Below the pieces are notes generated by a model. The model was not told the origin of the DNA, did not search any database, and saw nothing but the letters and a program-made list of their open reading frames with translations. A program made the position numbers and the translations under genes. A stretch of DNA of 64,000 bases from the human T2T-CHM13v2.0 reference genome, Homo sapiens. Location of the stretch: NCBI RefSeq assembly GCF_009914755.1, contig NC_060941.1, one strand, 5' to 3'. Shown here piece after piece: positions 40,047-60,514 of the stretch (positions are counted from its first letter, which is position 1; each line of letters opens with the position of its first letter).

Positions 40047-40461
40047 GAGGTATGTATATTACAATTCACCCTTTTAAAGTGCGCAGTTCAGTGAGTTTTC
40101 ACAGATGTATGCAGTTGTGCAGCGACCACTACCAAGACACAGATCATTTTTACCACTTCCCCAAATCCCCTCCTGCCCCTGGCAATCATTTGCCACTGCA
40201 ATATTATTAGGCCTGTGTTGAAGACTTAAGTCAGGAGAAAACTGACATATTTACATTGAGTCTTCTCACCAAGGAACAAACTATTTTCTTAATTAATAGC
40301 TCATCATTTTTTCCAAAATTTTATAATTTTCTTCCCCTGGATCTGAGTCATTATTACATTGATTCTATTTATTATAGATTCTGTGTGGTTATTGTGAATT
40401 TAGTAATTTTTAAATACAGTAGGCATTGATTTTTGCATATTTACAACTGGATGCTGAGTAG

Positions 40462-40797
<336 letters not shown>

Positions 40798-41681
40798 TTT
40801 TCTTTATCTTGTCTGGTTATGTGCATCCCAGAGGCACTCTCCAGGGCCTACTTTTTATATCCCTCGTACTCAGCTTAACATAGGTATTCCGCAATGTTGA
40901 CGTCGTCAATCAATCAGTGAATGACTGTCTTGTGCTGTGATCCCGCACGTTCCCGACAGGGCTTTCTGAATGTACGGGGCTGAGGCTGGTACAGGGAAAA
41001 GTGAGCCATACAAAGGCCTGCCCTGCTTCGGGCACTGAACGCTTGCCTGTCTCCGTTAGGAATGGAATGTAATCCTTGCAGGGCTCTCTGCCCCACTTTC
41101 TTCTGTAACTAAGACGGCCTTAGCAGAGCCTGGGCTGACAGGGAAGCAGGCAGTTAGTCTCTCAGTCTATTGCATCAGTGGTTCTCAGCAGCCTACTGCA
41201 CTAGGGCCAACAGAGATCAAATGATCCTCAATCAGGTTTCAATTGAGTATTTGAGAATGCCTACATGGAAAGACTGCACTGAGCCCCGATAAGGCCCCAC
41301 AGGGTAACCAAGCAGCATCTCTCCCTGCTTTTTGATCATATTATAACAACTCGATGGAGAAACGCTTGGTATACTGTGCTGAATAGAAGTTCTGACAGGG
41401 AGTGACAGTCGTCTTTGACAAAAATTTCAAAAGTGGGGCAATTAAATAATTATCAGAAAATGGAATTTGTTTATTTGAGAGACTCTTCAAATTGTGTTTC
41501 ATGGGAGCGAAATTAAATAAAGAGCTTCCTGGAGGGGGAAAGATTACTTAATTCATTATTCTTTCTTGACTTTTTCCCCTTCCCTATTGGGTAAAAATTA
41601 ATAGACTCTGTGGTATTGGGGGTTGAGGAGAATCCATGTGCCTAAGACTGAGGTGGGGATCTTGTTAAAATACAGACTGTG

Positions 41682-42004
<323 letters not shown>

Positions 42005-43429
42005 CAGACTGTGATTGAGGAGAGCTGGAGTGGAGCCTGAGAAGCTGCATTTCTGCTAAGTACCCCAGTGGTGTGACACTGCCGGACCACAGACTACACT
42101 GAGTAGCAAGGCTGTAGAGGGAGTCTGAGTATTAGCTTTGCTACAAACTTGTAGATAATTCACCACTTGGGCCCTTCTTCCTCTATACAGTGAGGACATA
42201 CCAGATGGTGTGTGACACGTCTGACATTGTGATGGCGAAACCACCTCAAGGTCCTCACGAAACCTTGGTGGCCAAGGCCCTTGGTATGACCTCTTGAGAC
42301 CAGGAGGCTCTCACAGGCATCTACAGAGCTCAGCCTTGGCCCCTTACCTTTGCATCATCCTTGAATGGAAAAAGGATCACGGGCTGCCAACTGCAGACCC
42401 ACCCAGGAATACTTCAGATGGCTCAAACACAGTGGTAATGTCCCTGGCTTACTCCATCAAAATGCAGTGAGCATCATCAGAGTGGTCCGGAGCTTGACTG
42501 ACAACGACCAGCTGCTGCTCACCACAGCAGCCAACAAGGAATGTGCCCACTCTCCCCTTCAGTTTGCTCCTCCTCAGTGTCAGGGTCCCAGGGCCCTAGA
42601 AGTCTCTAAAAGCCACTGAGCAAACTTCTTTGCCTCTCAAAGCTGTGGCAACTTTAGGTCCGTCCTCCAGCTTGGGGGTGACTAGAGCGATTGATTTCCT
42701 GCCCCTTCAACTGAGGGTGAGAAGACACTGTCTCTGGGGCCTAAGTGTGGCTACTCTGCTCTGCCACACCACACCTGAGGCCCACTCTCCTACCATCTGC
42801 CTCCTGCTGTTGCTGAAGCTTGCTGACACTTTCTCCACGCTGTCTTCTTTCAGGCCTTCTCTCGCCTGGGCAACCTGATGCTGGCATTAGCTTTTATCTC
42901 TCTGCCCAAGCTACAGCAAATTGCTGAGAGCTGTCCAATGCATTCTCCACATCACAGACTTGCTTTCTTTCAAGACTGCCTTTTGCAGGGACTCTTTTTC
43001 CCCTCTACTTTTCTTTTGGAGTTATAGGGTGCAAACAGTAAAAGGCATAAATCTTAAGTTCAAAGTTTAATATGTTTTTATGTATGTAAATCATCACCCA
43101 GATCAAGCTACTGAACATTTCAATGGCTCTGGAAGCTCTCCTGGCACCCCCTTCTGAATTACTAACCATCTCACCTCCTGCCAGAGTTAAGCACTATTCT
43201 GACTTTTAACACGATGGGTTAGTTTTCCCTGTTCTCCTAGTATCATACTTCATCCTAACACAATTATTCCTGTTTTACAAATTTAAAGAAAAAAAACACC
43301 CAACAACGAGGACAAATGCGTTAGTCTTTTTAAACTGGTCCAACCTGAATAACGCCACCCTATGTTTAAGAATGGGAAGAGAGGCTTGGCGGGGAGGGTT
43401 GTCTTTCCCTAGGGTTGTGTCTTCCTTGA

Positions 43430-43940
<511 letters not shown>

Positions 43941-44574
43941 AACTGTGGTTGTTTTTAAAGGACAAAGTTGGTCTCTTTCAGAGGCACATGCTGGGAATGG
44001 GCTGGGGTGGCAGTGGGTGGGGGGGTGCAGACAAAATTAAATGGTGGTAATCACTGAAGCTTGCTGATGGGTACATCAATTAGTTAACTATTCTACTTTT
44101 TGAATAAGTTTCCAAATTTTCACAATAAAAAGGAAAAAAAGAAAACTCAAGTTTTCTTTCGGTTAAATACCCACATCAATGTTCTCATGAAATAGTGCAC
44201 AGAGTCAGTGACTTTAAGGCCCCTTATGAGGGGGACATTAGCATCCTCATGTTGAAGATTGAAAGGAAATACCTCCAAGTATTATTTCTTGGTAGTGGAA
44301 CAACAGTGATTGAAAATTTTCTTCCTTCAACTTTTCTGTATGCCAAACTTTCTTTACTGAGGATATAGTATAATTACGGAAGAAGAGCCAACAAACTTTC
44401 AAATACATTGGAAAAGTATATAGAAAATAATTACCCCTATAAGGTCTAAAGGTGTTATTAAGGAATATGTGGCTAAAGAGGCTATTACTTGAATCTTGTT
44501 AATGAATAGAAATAACCGTCCATTTTGTTACACAGTAATATAACCCCTAACTGGTAAGTAAAAAGCACAAACTA

Positions 44575-44903
<329 letters not shown>

Positions 44904-45384
44904 GTACAAACTAATTGGGTAACAAATGCTCGCATGGGTGACTGCTCTTTTAAAGGTAGCTCATATACACATACACAAAGATTTAAATGGTACTAAACAG
45001 AAAACCAAAAAAGGTTTGGGAGATTATGGATGATTTGAAAATATTAATGTCAATTTCTTTTAAACATAAATTTAAGAACAATAAAAGCTATTTTAAAGGA
45101 TCTTATGCAGACGCATTTACAATTTAAAATCATTAGCCTCCCAACTCGCATATTTTACTGGTAGTCAGTAAATCTCACCTCTTACACTTAAGATATCAGC
45201 TGCTTCATGAACAGCCAGACACATGAATACATTCATGCCTACTGCATTGATAGGATTCTTATACTTTTCAAATAAACAAGTGGCATTTCTTAAAATATTA
45301 ATTCTATTGAAGAGTCTAGTGAAAACACTGTAACCCACCCAGGTAAAGATTTGCAAGGGATATTTCACTGAAACACAGCCTTGA

Positions 45385-45847
<463 letters not shown>

Positions 45848-46301
45848 TTAATTCTCCGAGACTGTCCCCTTGTGCATAAACAGGAACATCTGGAAGACGT
45901 CACCTCTAAGGTCCCCTTCCCCACTTCTAACATTCTGACTTCAAGCCTTTAAACTTGACACTAGAATGAAGAACAAATAAAAGTTTTCTCCAAAAGCTGC
46001 TGTTCCCTTTTTGGATCATTTCACAAGCCTTAACCTGCAACAGCTGAGAACGAAGACTGAATCTTATCTAAGAGCAAACTTGCTGCAAAGGGATCCACAC
46101 AAATGTTTTGTGGCTTAAAACAGATAATCTTTTTAAAGATTTGGCCTTTGAGATACTTAATATCTCTTTTGTTAAATGAGAATAGTCTTTTAGTAAGTTC
46201 CTTTCTTGACCAGATTCCTAGGAAAGTCATTCTAAACCAACTGCTTCCGAGCTGGTTTCTATAAACTAAATCTTGCAGTTGTTTATTAAGGAACAGGCTA
46301 T

Positions 46302-46967
<666 letters not shown>

Positions 46968-47344
46968 TAGCATAGTTTTTTTTCACATACTTTTACTTTG
47001 ATATATTTAGGTTTAAGTATTGAGAATTTAAAAACCAAAAGACCTCTATCATGTGCGTGTAGAAACATATCATGTAAAAAGAATCTGTTGTCTATCTAGG
47101 CATTATATTTGTTGCATCTTAGGATTTACTGAAAAACTTTTGGAGAACTTTGCCCCTAGGGCAGCAGCTTCTGGCAGAAAAAGGCCAAACCCAGGATTCT
47201 AGGGCAGTTAAATTTAGAAACAAAAGCCAAGATTCATTCTATCACTCAATAATCATTTTCTTCAATGGCTGACACACCAAAAGAAGGGTCAAATTTATTT
47301 ATTTTTAAATTCATTTTAATTTCTGTATCTCTACATAGATATAT

Positions 47345-47629
47345 CTAGAGGGTCTCACTCTGTTGCCCAGGCTGGAATGCAGTGGTGTGATTATAGCTCA
47401 CTGAAGCCTTGAATTCCTGGGCTCAAGTGATACTCCATTTCAGTCTCCTGAGTAGCCAGGACTACAGGCATGTGCCACCATGCCAAAAAAATCTTCTGTA
47501 GAGATGGGGGCGGGGGGGGCGGGTCTCACTATGTTGCCCAGGCTTGTCTTGAATACCTAACCTCTAGCAATCCTCAGGCCCTGGCCTCCCAAAGTTTTGG
47601 GATTATAGGCATTAGCCATTGTGCCAGGC
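47345..47629 (-). mobile_element. Alu (AluJ-like)
   Basis: Diverged reverse Alu. Confidence 0.85.
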
Positions 47630-47907
47630 AAGTTATTTCCCCAAAAAACACTTTCTTAAGGGATGGTCCCAGTCCGCCAGCATCCGAGTCACCTGGGGTA
47701 TCTGTCATGGAAGCAGGTCTCTGCATCATACTGCAGATTCAGTGAATTCAGCTCTGGGTCTGGGGAACTGCACTTCAGCAAGCGTCCCACCCACCTGCCC
47801 GCTGGAGCCTGTGGGTCTCTTTCCTGAGAACTGTGTGCAGCCATCTATGTACCCACTCATCACCCATGAAAAAGATCACGCTTGTCTGAACAGCAAAACT
47901 GAGTATG

Positions 47908-47913
47908 TTTACT
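47908..47913 (-). terminator. SCO1: Candidate proximal SCO1 poly(A) signal AGTAAA
   Basis: TTTACT on + strand about 760 nt after stop. Confidence 0.4.
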
Positions 47914-48668
47914 TTACACAAAGTACAATCCAGTATATGCAGAAAGGTACTCAGCATCACACTCGTGATCAATATCCTCTTATTTCCATTTGGTATGTCA
48001 CTGAAAACCTGGCACACCACTTAGCTAAAAATCACATAAAAGAACCCCTAGAGAAATCAAACTGATGTTTTTTTTCCCCCAAACAATAGATTTCCTCTTC
48101 ATTAGTCAAATCTGATAGTGATATTCATTAATAAGGAAAACTAAAGTTTTCAAGCATCAACTCTGAATGGCAGAGACCCTAATCTGACTGTTATTAGCCA
48201 CCAAGAACTCAGAAGAGCAAAGAACTCAAGAAGAGGCAAGCAAGAGCACTATGGAAATTATATTCTTTTCTGTGAAATTCAGTCCCACAGCTATTTGAGC
48301 AAGGGCCCAAGACGATGGAGAGGCGGCAAAGCTGCTGGGAGGGCCTGTTCGCAGGCAGGAATGCACTGGCTGTGCCTCGCCCCGCCATGTCCTTCCACAG
48401 GTGGGCTCTTCACTGGCTTCACTTCAGCTTGATCCTCTGGTCTCCCCACAGCTTCCTGGGAGACTTTGGGTTGTAATCTTTACAGTTCCAAGAATCAATT
48501 TTGGTTGAACGCAAGGGTAACATCCCCATCCAAAACAGAAATGTTCTCATGGTATGAAGGCCATTCTGTAGAGTGCACGTATATATGTTTATATTTATAT
48601 AGGCTCCTATGCGAGACAGTTTCCTTCCTCTTAGCAAGAGAATACTGCATCCAGCAACACTGCTTTGG

Positions 48669-48836
<168 letters not shown>

Positions 48837-51800
48837 TTACCAAAATAAGCTGCTTATTTTACTGAATGTATGCTGCAAGATAAGAGAACTTTACATTAAT
48901 GCTTAAATAACCTTTACAGCATCTATTATTTATGGAATAGGCTTAAGTCTATCATAGCAAATTCCTAACAAAAATTGTCTAAAATCTTTTGTGTCCTAAA
49001 CATCTGCACTGGTTATTGCTTGTCACATCAGCTAGAACCTGAAATTCTTTTGGTTTAATCCTTAACATATTTACCCACACACTCTGAGAAAAGAATTCAC
49101 CTTCTAAGAAATAGCTGCTGCAGGCTTTCATAAAGCAGTCAATGTTTGTGGAATAGCAATGCTTGTTGAAAAATACCTTCATTTTTGAGTAAGATATCTC
49201 CTCAGACCCTAAACATGTTACAAACAGACATCACATGGAATTAAGTGTTGGTGAAAAACTGCTTTCTTTAGTAAGTTCTTGGGTTTATTCATGTTTTAGA
49301 AAGAACTGGTTGTCATTCATTACTGCCAAAATTCTGCTTACCACGCTTTATGAGAAGAAATCAGAAAACTAATCATTAGTTTAAATAATCTATAAATTTG
49401 AACAATATTTAGTTTTAATATTAGTAATTCAAACAGAAACAGGAAAAGAAACATTTTTCTCCCCAAGGAAATTTTTGTCTCCTCCACTGAATAATCCTAT
49501 CTGAAATCAATCCATCACCTGGAAAGCAAATCCTCGGGAGCATAAATGCTGCCCCCCTAACCAGAGAGTCATCGTAAACTCAGCATCCATTTTCCCAGCA
49601 AAGTCCTAAAATGGTCCCAGCTCTAACTTTAACTTAGATTAGTCATCAGATTTTTTAGTTAGACACTTCCATAAAATCCAATTTTAAGTGAGATTTGGCA
49701 CTTAGAGTCCTTGGAATTTATTGCAGGCTTGACTGCTATTTGGCAAGACAAAGAAAGACAGGAATGTGACTACAAATACCAAACTGGAGACACCTCCCAA
49801 ACATACCCCAGCACGCACTATATGTCTGTGAGGGTATTATTTTTTATACACACATTCTTAAGATAGCAAATGGAAAGAGCACTTGCCTACCCACATAAGG
49901 AAAGAATGTACACCAAAAGAGCGCCAACAACTGGATTCCAAGTGCTGTGGGATAGTTCACCGCAGGAGCAAGACGGGGGGCTACGTTTCTCCACATATTT
50001 GATACAGAAATCAGAATTAAGTCTCCAGTTCTCTCTTCAAGCCTTACTCTGTAGCTTACATCACTCTTTCTCCCTATTTCTTCCTTTTCTCTATTCTCTG
50101 TTAAAAAAAACAAACTACAGTATGTGGGACTTATTTTCTGAGTGTTCTTAATATAAATTACCTTGTAGTACACAACAAAAATATTATTTTATCTGTATCT
50201 GTCGAACTTGTCAGAGGTCACTCCTCAATATTCCTTTGGGTTGTGACAGAGCACATTGACATTTATTCTAATACAGAGGTCTACAGAGGTCTTCCAAGTT
50301 CTAGTACTTCCTTGTATAGAAAAAGGACACTAGCATTAACTGACAAATTCTTTCACATGTCATCTTAAGCCATGAAACAGGTATTCTCCTCCTCTTCAAA
50401 TGATATCACAGGCTGGAGAGAGTAAATTATATAATTGGTAAGTGCCAGGCCTAACTTTAAAACCTAGAATCTGTCCAGTTTCAAAGTCCACAAACTTTTA
50501 TCACCACGTTGCCTCTAGCTCCAATTCTAATGGAGAGCAGCAACTCAGTTTTTCTAGTGTGCAAGTTACGTTTTAGTGTGAATTATTTTTTGAAAAGGTA
50601 ATATATGCACATAGAAAACGAATATCCAGTTAATGTATACAATGAAAATGTCCCTCCCCCTCTTCACACCCAGAGTGCCTCAGTTCCCCTTAGAGTGAAC
50701 CAATGCCATCAGTTCCTTCTGTATCCTTCCGAAGAAATTCTCTGCATCTACTATGTGTATATATCCACTACCACTTATTTTTTTTATACACAAGTAACAA
50801 TATATTCTACAGTACTTGCTTTCTCATTTAACAATATATTGGACATTGTTCTACGTTAGATTATACACAGTAGTTAAAAAATGGTTACTGGATTTTCAGT
50901 TTTTTCTCTTTAAAAACAATGCCATAGGGTATATTTATAGGATAAAGTCCAAAAAGTAGAATCTCTTGCATAAAAAGTATATAACTTTAAATGTGAGAAA
51001 TACTGTTAAACTGCCCTCTGAAGAGGGTGTATGAGTTTAATTCCTATCAACAATGCATGAGTGTGCCTGCTGTTCCAAATTCACTCCTGCAGTTTATTTC
51101 CTGCTTTTCCAATTTCGACAATATATTTTCAGATTTTCTGACCACTGCTGAGCCAAGAGAAAAATGTTACCTCATTATACAATTCACATTTCTTTTATTA
51201 TGAAACTGCACATTTAGGTTTGAAAGCTATTTGTATTCTTTTTTCAAAAGTATTTTCTAACTAATATCTATATAATAATATAGTATTATATATATATAAT
51301 ACAATAATGTGCAGATCCAGCTTTCTATGGAATTCCAAATATTTGGTATACCCAGTTCGATCACTCTGAAGAGTCCACTCAAAAGCCAGAAGCTTGCCTG
51401 TTGTTGCTGTCGTTTGGGATTAAGAAAACTTCATTCCATTACATCTCAACATTAACCTTAAAGGTACCCCCTTACTTCCTGCAGGTCCTTAAATGATAAC
51501 AGAAGTTTCCCAAACCATCCTATGGATGAAAATCTGTGACCTCAAGGGACTGAAGTCATACTAATGAAAAACCTAAGAAGCTGAAGAATGTCTCCCCCTA
51601 TTGGATGATTTAGCAAATGTACAGCATGAATTCCTCATCGAATCTCATCAAAAGTCAAATTCTTATGGCAGTAGGCCAGTATTTCTCAAAATGGGGCCAA
51701 AGATACATTCTACAAGGTCCAAGAAGTTTCCATAAGACTTACATATTTTTGTTTTCATTTGTAATTAAAAACATTAATATCCATATTCTGGATTATCTGT

Positions 51801-53482
51801 GTTGTGAGTATAAATTTCAGTGCCCAGGCTTGTGTTTGCTCCATGATCTCACTGGCACCTAGCTGCCCACTGCTGTTACAGGCAGACATGAATATGATAC
51901 ATTCTTGCCAAATCAACACTAACCAGGCAAGGCAGGCTACACGATTAAAGGTTTCAAAGTATTTTAAATAGAAAATGCAGAGGGGCAGTTGAGTAGAGTT
52001 GGGTATGTGATAGCAGTCTGACCAAAACCCCCTCCCTTCTTGCCCTGAGCAGCACTTTGGTTTCAGCAAAATCTCTTGTCAATGTAACTGAATGTTTTCA
52101 ATTTAAGTTTTGCAGGCTGTTTGGGTTTATTTGTACAACTGCTTTCTGATTTGACTTTCTGACTCTGAGTTATGAGTTCTAAGCATCAAGACTATGGAGT
52201 GTTACCTAGTTTAGGACTGTATACATTTAAACAATTTAATATAACTCATTTAATGCTGGAAATCAGACTGATGAGCTCATCTATTCCTGCTGTCATCATC
52301 GGATAAACTCAAAACCAGTTAATACAACTCTCTATAAAGACAGAAGTCCGGAAAGTCCTTTTCCTATGGTTTCCTCTTTTGGCCACTGTGGCTCTCTGCT
52401 CTTCTCTCATTCTGCTAGAGAAGCAGCAAGAGGAAAACAGAGGAGGGTCCCTCTACTTTCCTTACAATTAAGGCTTAAAGAAAAGTGCTCATTTTTCTCA
52501 TCTTTTACTCCAAGGAATCCAAGTTTCCCTAATTCTACGAGGCACCACATCTGGAAGACAGGATTACTGTGTAGGCTTAATTAAGGCAAACAGGCCAGAA
52601 CCTTGCTTTTAATTCAGGCTGTAGGCTCCAGGGGCACACACGTTCCAGGTTCAAAGGGACAAAGAAATCATAGTTGGCTGTTGAGACAAAGCACTGCAGT
52701 GAGACATCCCATCCCCTCTGCATCTCAACTCTTGGGATGGGCCATGGGGAGCTGCTGGATCAGTGACTCAGGGTCTTGGCCATCTTTCTTTCTACAAAGA
52801 CAGCTTCACAGCTAGAAAGGCTCTTAGGATTACTCTGCCCAAACAATATTATAGAAAAAACAGAGTATGACAACTAAGAAAAATACTGAAATAATGCTAA
52901 AATACAACGCCGACTCTTCATATGATAGGAGAAAAATGTCCAAATTGAGAGGAAAATTGGTGGATAGTGGTGGTGCTAATGCCTTTTGGTGCTTCACTGT
53001 GAAACCACTGACAAGAAAAGAAACACAGTAACTTGGGCATGACCTTAAGGCTTCTGGGGCAGTGCTGATGAATATGAAGATAGTTAATTTAAGAGCTACA
53101 CAAGTACAACAGAATTTCTGTTCCTTATCATTAAAAAGCACATATTTAACGCCTAACTGTCCAAGGCATATAGTCAATGGGCAAATAAACCTTTCATCTT
53201 TTGCTTTTCAGAATTCTCATTCAACCTAAAAATGCAGTTCTCCATGGCCTAAAACTGGTTCTCCAGAAGAGCAATTTCTGATACCTCTACTGGGGACACA
53301 GTGAGAACCAACACAATCTTTTTAAAATAAGTGTTGTTCCAAATGATGGCTTCTCTTTATTTCCAACATGGCACCCAAGTATCTGGTTTTAAACTGCCCT
53401 AAAATCCTATATGCCACTATAAGAGAAAAACAGGCAATTGAATTATGAGAACAGTGAATATAAATCAAACAATCATCTTTTA

Positions 53483-54190
<708 letters not shown>

Positions 54191-54204
54191 TCAGAAGCTA
54201 GTCA

Positions 54205-54453
<249 letters not shown>

Positions 54454-55549
54454 TCAAAAAATGTATCAGTTGTAAAGCAGCTCTACTGCCACTTTCTTCC
54501 TGTGAGTCTCCAAACATTTCTTCACGATTCAAAGGAAAAGGAGAAGAAATTCACAAAGAACAAATGAAAATTCTCCTTTGTAATATATAAGTCAAATCTT
54601 TTTATGACTATCTAGTAAAGACCTGGAGGGAATATTTTCTAATCACTTGTATCACATTTTAAATTGATTTTTAAGGAGTAGTCACATGTAGTTCTCAGAT
54701 ATACTAAAGCTTAAAATTATTATCATAAATTAAATACTATAACTTTTCATGGCATCATATGGGGAAAAAAATTTGCTTCATAACTAAGTTCATATCAGGT
54801 CAAAATACCTGTGTCTTATTTTCCTGCAAATAATTTCAACACTGGTATCAAGTTCTACTCTTTACTTCTGATTTAAAAAAACTGGTTAATTAATACTAGT
54901 CATCCCCAAAACGCAATCTTAACAAAGTTCTGAAATAAGGGCAAATCATTCACAGCGTGTATCTGCTATTAAGTTTTTGGAATTCATGTAAGTGAACCGG
55001 TAGAGGTCACTTAAAACAACTGGATTCATCAAACTACTGAAATGACAGCCCAACATTTAACAGCAGTTCCTTTTTCTAAAGGTACAGAAGCCAATTTTTG
55101 TTCCTTGGATGAACTCATCATTCTAAATGAGACATTGTTCAGATTCTGAAAAGACAGGCTTTCTTTTTCCACTCTGAGTAAATAAAGAGAAAGGTGAATG
55201 AAGCCTGAGTTAGCTGCACATTCAAACTTTTTTTAAAACTAAATTGCTGAAACTGCATTTTTTTCTAAATACCAAATTAAAGTTTTAAAAATCTCCCCAA
55301 AATGCAACTAGTAATGACTACATCATCAATCGCTATGTTCTGTTGAAAATTACCATAAAGTCTGGTGTTTTGGTTAGGTACAGCAACTCGAATGTCTACT
55401 CATTTGGGGATATTATGGTTTGGTTAGTAATATGTGATTTTTGCCAATATAACACATGTTTAAATTGAAGACTGTGCATAACTCAATGAGTTCATAAATA
55501 TCTGTTTTTCATTGCTTCATGAAATGACTATACTATTGCCCAAATTTCT

Positions 55550-56880
<1,331 letters not shown>

Positions 56881-57244
56881 TAAAAGTAATTACACATACA
56901 GCAGATCCTTCATAAAACATATTTTTAAATAACCTCAAAGTTTAGAAGATATGTATTTGAATGTGTCATATAATATAAATATAAAACTATTCTTTAGTGC
57001 TTTTAACCAGTTATTAAATCAATGTTACCATAATTAAAATTCAGATTCCTGATTTTTAAGCACATATGCTGAAGAAACTTGAGTCTAGAGAAATTAAACT
57101 TGCCCATTTTCACAGATGAATTAGAACCTAAGCATCCACTCTCAATTCTACTATAATCTGTAGTCTTTAAAAGTGCCTAACAGCTTTTAACTAGCATACA
57201 GAGGTGTTTGATTGAAATTCCTCCATTGAAAGTAATACCTTCCT

Positions 57245-58650
57245 TAGAAGCAGAAAAAACAATCCTAAAATTCCTATGAAACCACAACAGACCCCTAATA
57301 GCCAAGGCAATCTTAAGCAAAAAGAACAAAGCTGGTAGGATCACACTACCTGACTTCAAAACATAGTACAAAGCCATAGTAACCACAACAGCATGGTACT
57401 GGCATAAAAACAGACACACAGACCAATGGAACAGAATAGAGGACCGAGAAATTAAGCCAACTGATTTCTGACAAAGACACCAAAAACATACGCTGGGGAA
57501 AGGACAGTCTCCTCAAGAAACGGCACTAGGAAAACGGGATATCCCTACATAGTAGAATGAAACTAGATCCCTATTTTTATCATATACAAAAATCAAATAT
57601 AAATGTAGGAAAGACAAATGGAAGATCTGCAACTATAAAATTAGTAGAAGAAAACATAGGGGAAACACTTCAGGACATTAGTCTGGGAAAAAATTTGATA
57701 GATAAGGCCTCAAGAGCACAGGCAACAAAAGCAAAAATAGGCAAATGGGGTTATATCAAAATAAAAAGCTTCTGCACAGCACAGGAAACAATAAACAGAA
57801 TGAAGAGACAACCTGGAGAATGGGAGAAAATATGTGCAAACTATTCATCAGACTAGGGAGTTAATATCCAGAATGTACTCAATCATCTCAACACCAAAAA
57901 GACAAATAACATTTTTAAAAAGGGCAAATGATCTAAATAGACATTTCTCAATAGAAGGCATACAGATGGCCAACAAGTATATGAAAAAATGCTCAACATC
58001 ACCAATCACAAGGGAAATGCAAATCAAAACCACAATTAGGTATCTCATCCCAATTTGAATGACTATCACCAAAAATACAAAAAAATAACAAATGCTGACA
58101 ATGATTCAGAACAAAGATACCTCACACACACCATTGATGGAAATGTAAATTAGTATAACCATTGTGGATAGCAGTATGGAGGTTCCTCAGAAAAGTAAAA
58201 ACAGAACTGCAATACAATCCAGGAATCTCACTACTGGGTATATATCCAAAGGAGATGAAAACAGTATATTGAAGAGGCGTCTGCATTCCTATGTTTACCA
58301 CAGCACTAATCACAATAGCCAAGATATGAAATCCAACAGTACTCATCAACAGGTGAATGGATAAAGAAAATGCAGTATACATACGTCATGGAATACTACC
58401 CAGCCATATTAAAGAATGAAATCCTGTCATTTGTGGCAATGGAGATGAGCCTGGAGGATACTATTAATATGTTAAATGAAAAAAGTCAGGCACAGAAAGA
58501 TAAATACTGCATATTCATACGTGGAAACTAAAAAAGTTGATCTCACAGAAGTAGAGAGAAGAATTGTGGATACTAGAGGCTGGAAAGGGTTGGGGAGGAT
58601 AGGGACTCTGTACCCCATAAATATGTACAACTGTTATGTGTCAATTAAAC
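57245..58650 (+). mobile_element. L1MA-type 3' fragment (ORF2 remnant)
   Basis: aaaagaacaaagctggtaggatcacactacctgacttcaaa...gaccaatggaacagaatagag; ORF2-like peptides in ORF track. Confidence 0.85.
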
Positions 58651-58679
58651 AACAGTTACTTTGTCATAGTAAATGTTTT

Positions 58680-58967
58680 ATTTATCTTTAAGACAGAGTC
58701 TAGCTCTGTTGCCCAGGCTGAAGATCAGTGGCGTGATGTCAGCTCACTGCTACCTCCGCCTGCCAGGTTCACGCGAATTCTCCTGCCTCAGCCTCCCGAA
58801 TATCTGGGATTATAGGTGTGCACCACCGTGCCTGGCTAATTTTTGTATTTTTAGTAGAGACGGGGCTTCACCATGTTGGCCAGGCTGGTCTCAAACTCCT
58901 GACCTCAGGTGATCCACCCACTTTGGTCTCCCAAAGTGCTGGGATTACAGGCCCACCATGCCCGGCC
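58680..58967 (-). mobile_element. Alu
   Basis: Reverse Alu. Confidence 0.88.
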
Positions 58968-59265
58968 TGTTACAGTAAATGTTTTAAATTTATAAAACAT
59001 GCACTGAGTTCAAAATATGTTTGTATTTAATTATTCATCTTTAATCTACCAATGAACATACTTCCAGAATATATGTTTGTTCTGATTTTACAATGCAGAG
59101 AATGAGTTACAGCGCTGGAGTTAGAAGCAATGTGTCCTTACTCTCAATTCAAGGCTCGATTAACTTAGTTGATACATGAAGGCCAAGTTCAAATCCTTTC
59201 TCTGTGACAAAATATAAAGAGCACTGCATCAGGAATTGAGAAACCCATTTCTTACTTACGCACTA

Positions 59266-59544
<279 letters not shown>

Positions 59545-60295
59545 TCACACCCTAAGGGAAAAGACAAAGAAAACCAGCAATAACAGGAGAGTATAGGACG
59601 TGCTGGACAGCTAGGTGTTTTGGAAGCAGATGGACATCTTAACATTCAGGTGAAGAGGAAGAGGACGGGGAAGGGGATGGAGAAGGGATGGCCTTTAGGA
59701 GGAGGAGACCCATATACAGTAGTATTATCTGTGGTGGATAATACAAGGTTACATATCCTATCAAATGCCTGCACCAGCACATAAATGTTCTTCCCCTGGA
59801 TAATGTCATGTGGCTATCTTATCTCTGAATCCACTCCAGTATCTGTAGTTTTTTTCACTCCCACCATATCTCAAGGGCAAGAAGGTAAATTGTTAATAAG
59901 AGCTGAATATCCTGAAATAATTCACTGTATGGAGGAGGCACCCTTCCTTCTTACTAGTACTAGTAAAATGCCACAGACTGCAGACCATTGCAAAGATTTC
60001 CTAATTTAATTGTCACAATCAGTGGGGAAGAGGCAATGGCAGCATCAGTGATGCAAAGGAAGGGACACAAAAGTAGAGTTAAGGGAGACCACACTGACAT
60101 TTTTAAGTGATCTAACATTTAACATCAAAACAAGCTTCTTTCAGTGGAGAATAAGGTCACAAGATTCAAAGCAACAAACAAGCCAAATGCTGAGATTTTA
60201 TGTTCTTACAAATCACATAATTGCAAAACCCCACCTAACAATAATACAAGGGTGTGAAAAACCTGGTAACATGAAGTAAACATATACTTTGTTTA

Positions 60296-60514
<219 letters not shown>

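Noticed and set aside
43993-44026. G-quadruplex-like run
   Set aside because: Lies in a probable L1 remnant and on the non-mRNA strand; no further support
57177-58691. ORFs resembling L1 ORF2
   Set aside because: Fragmented by stops and frameshifts; dead L1 remnant, not a gene
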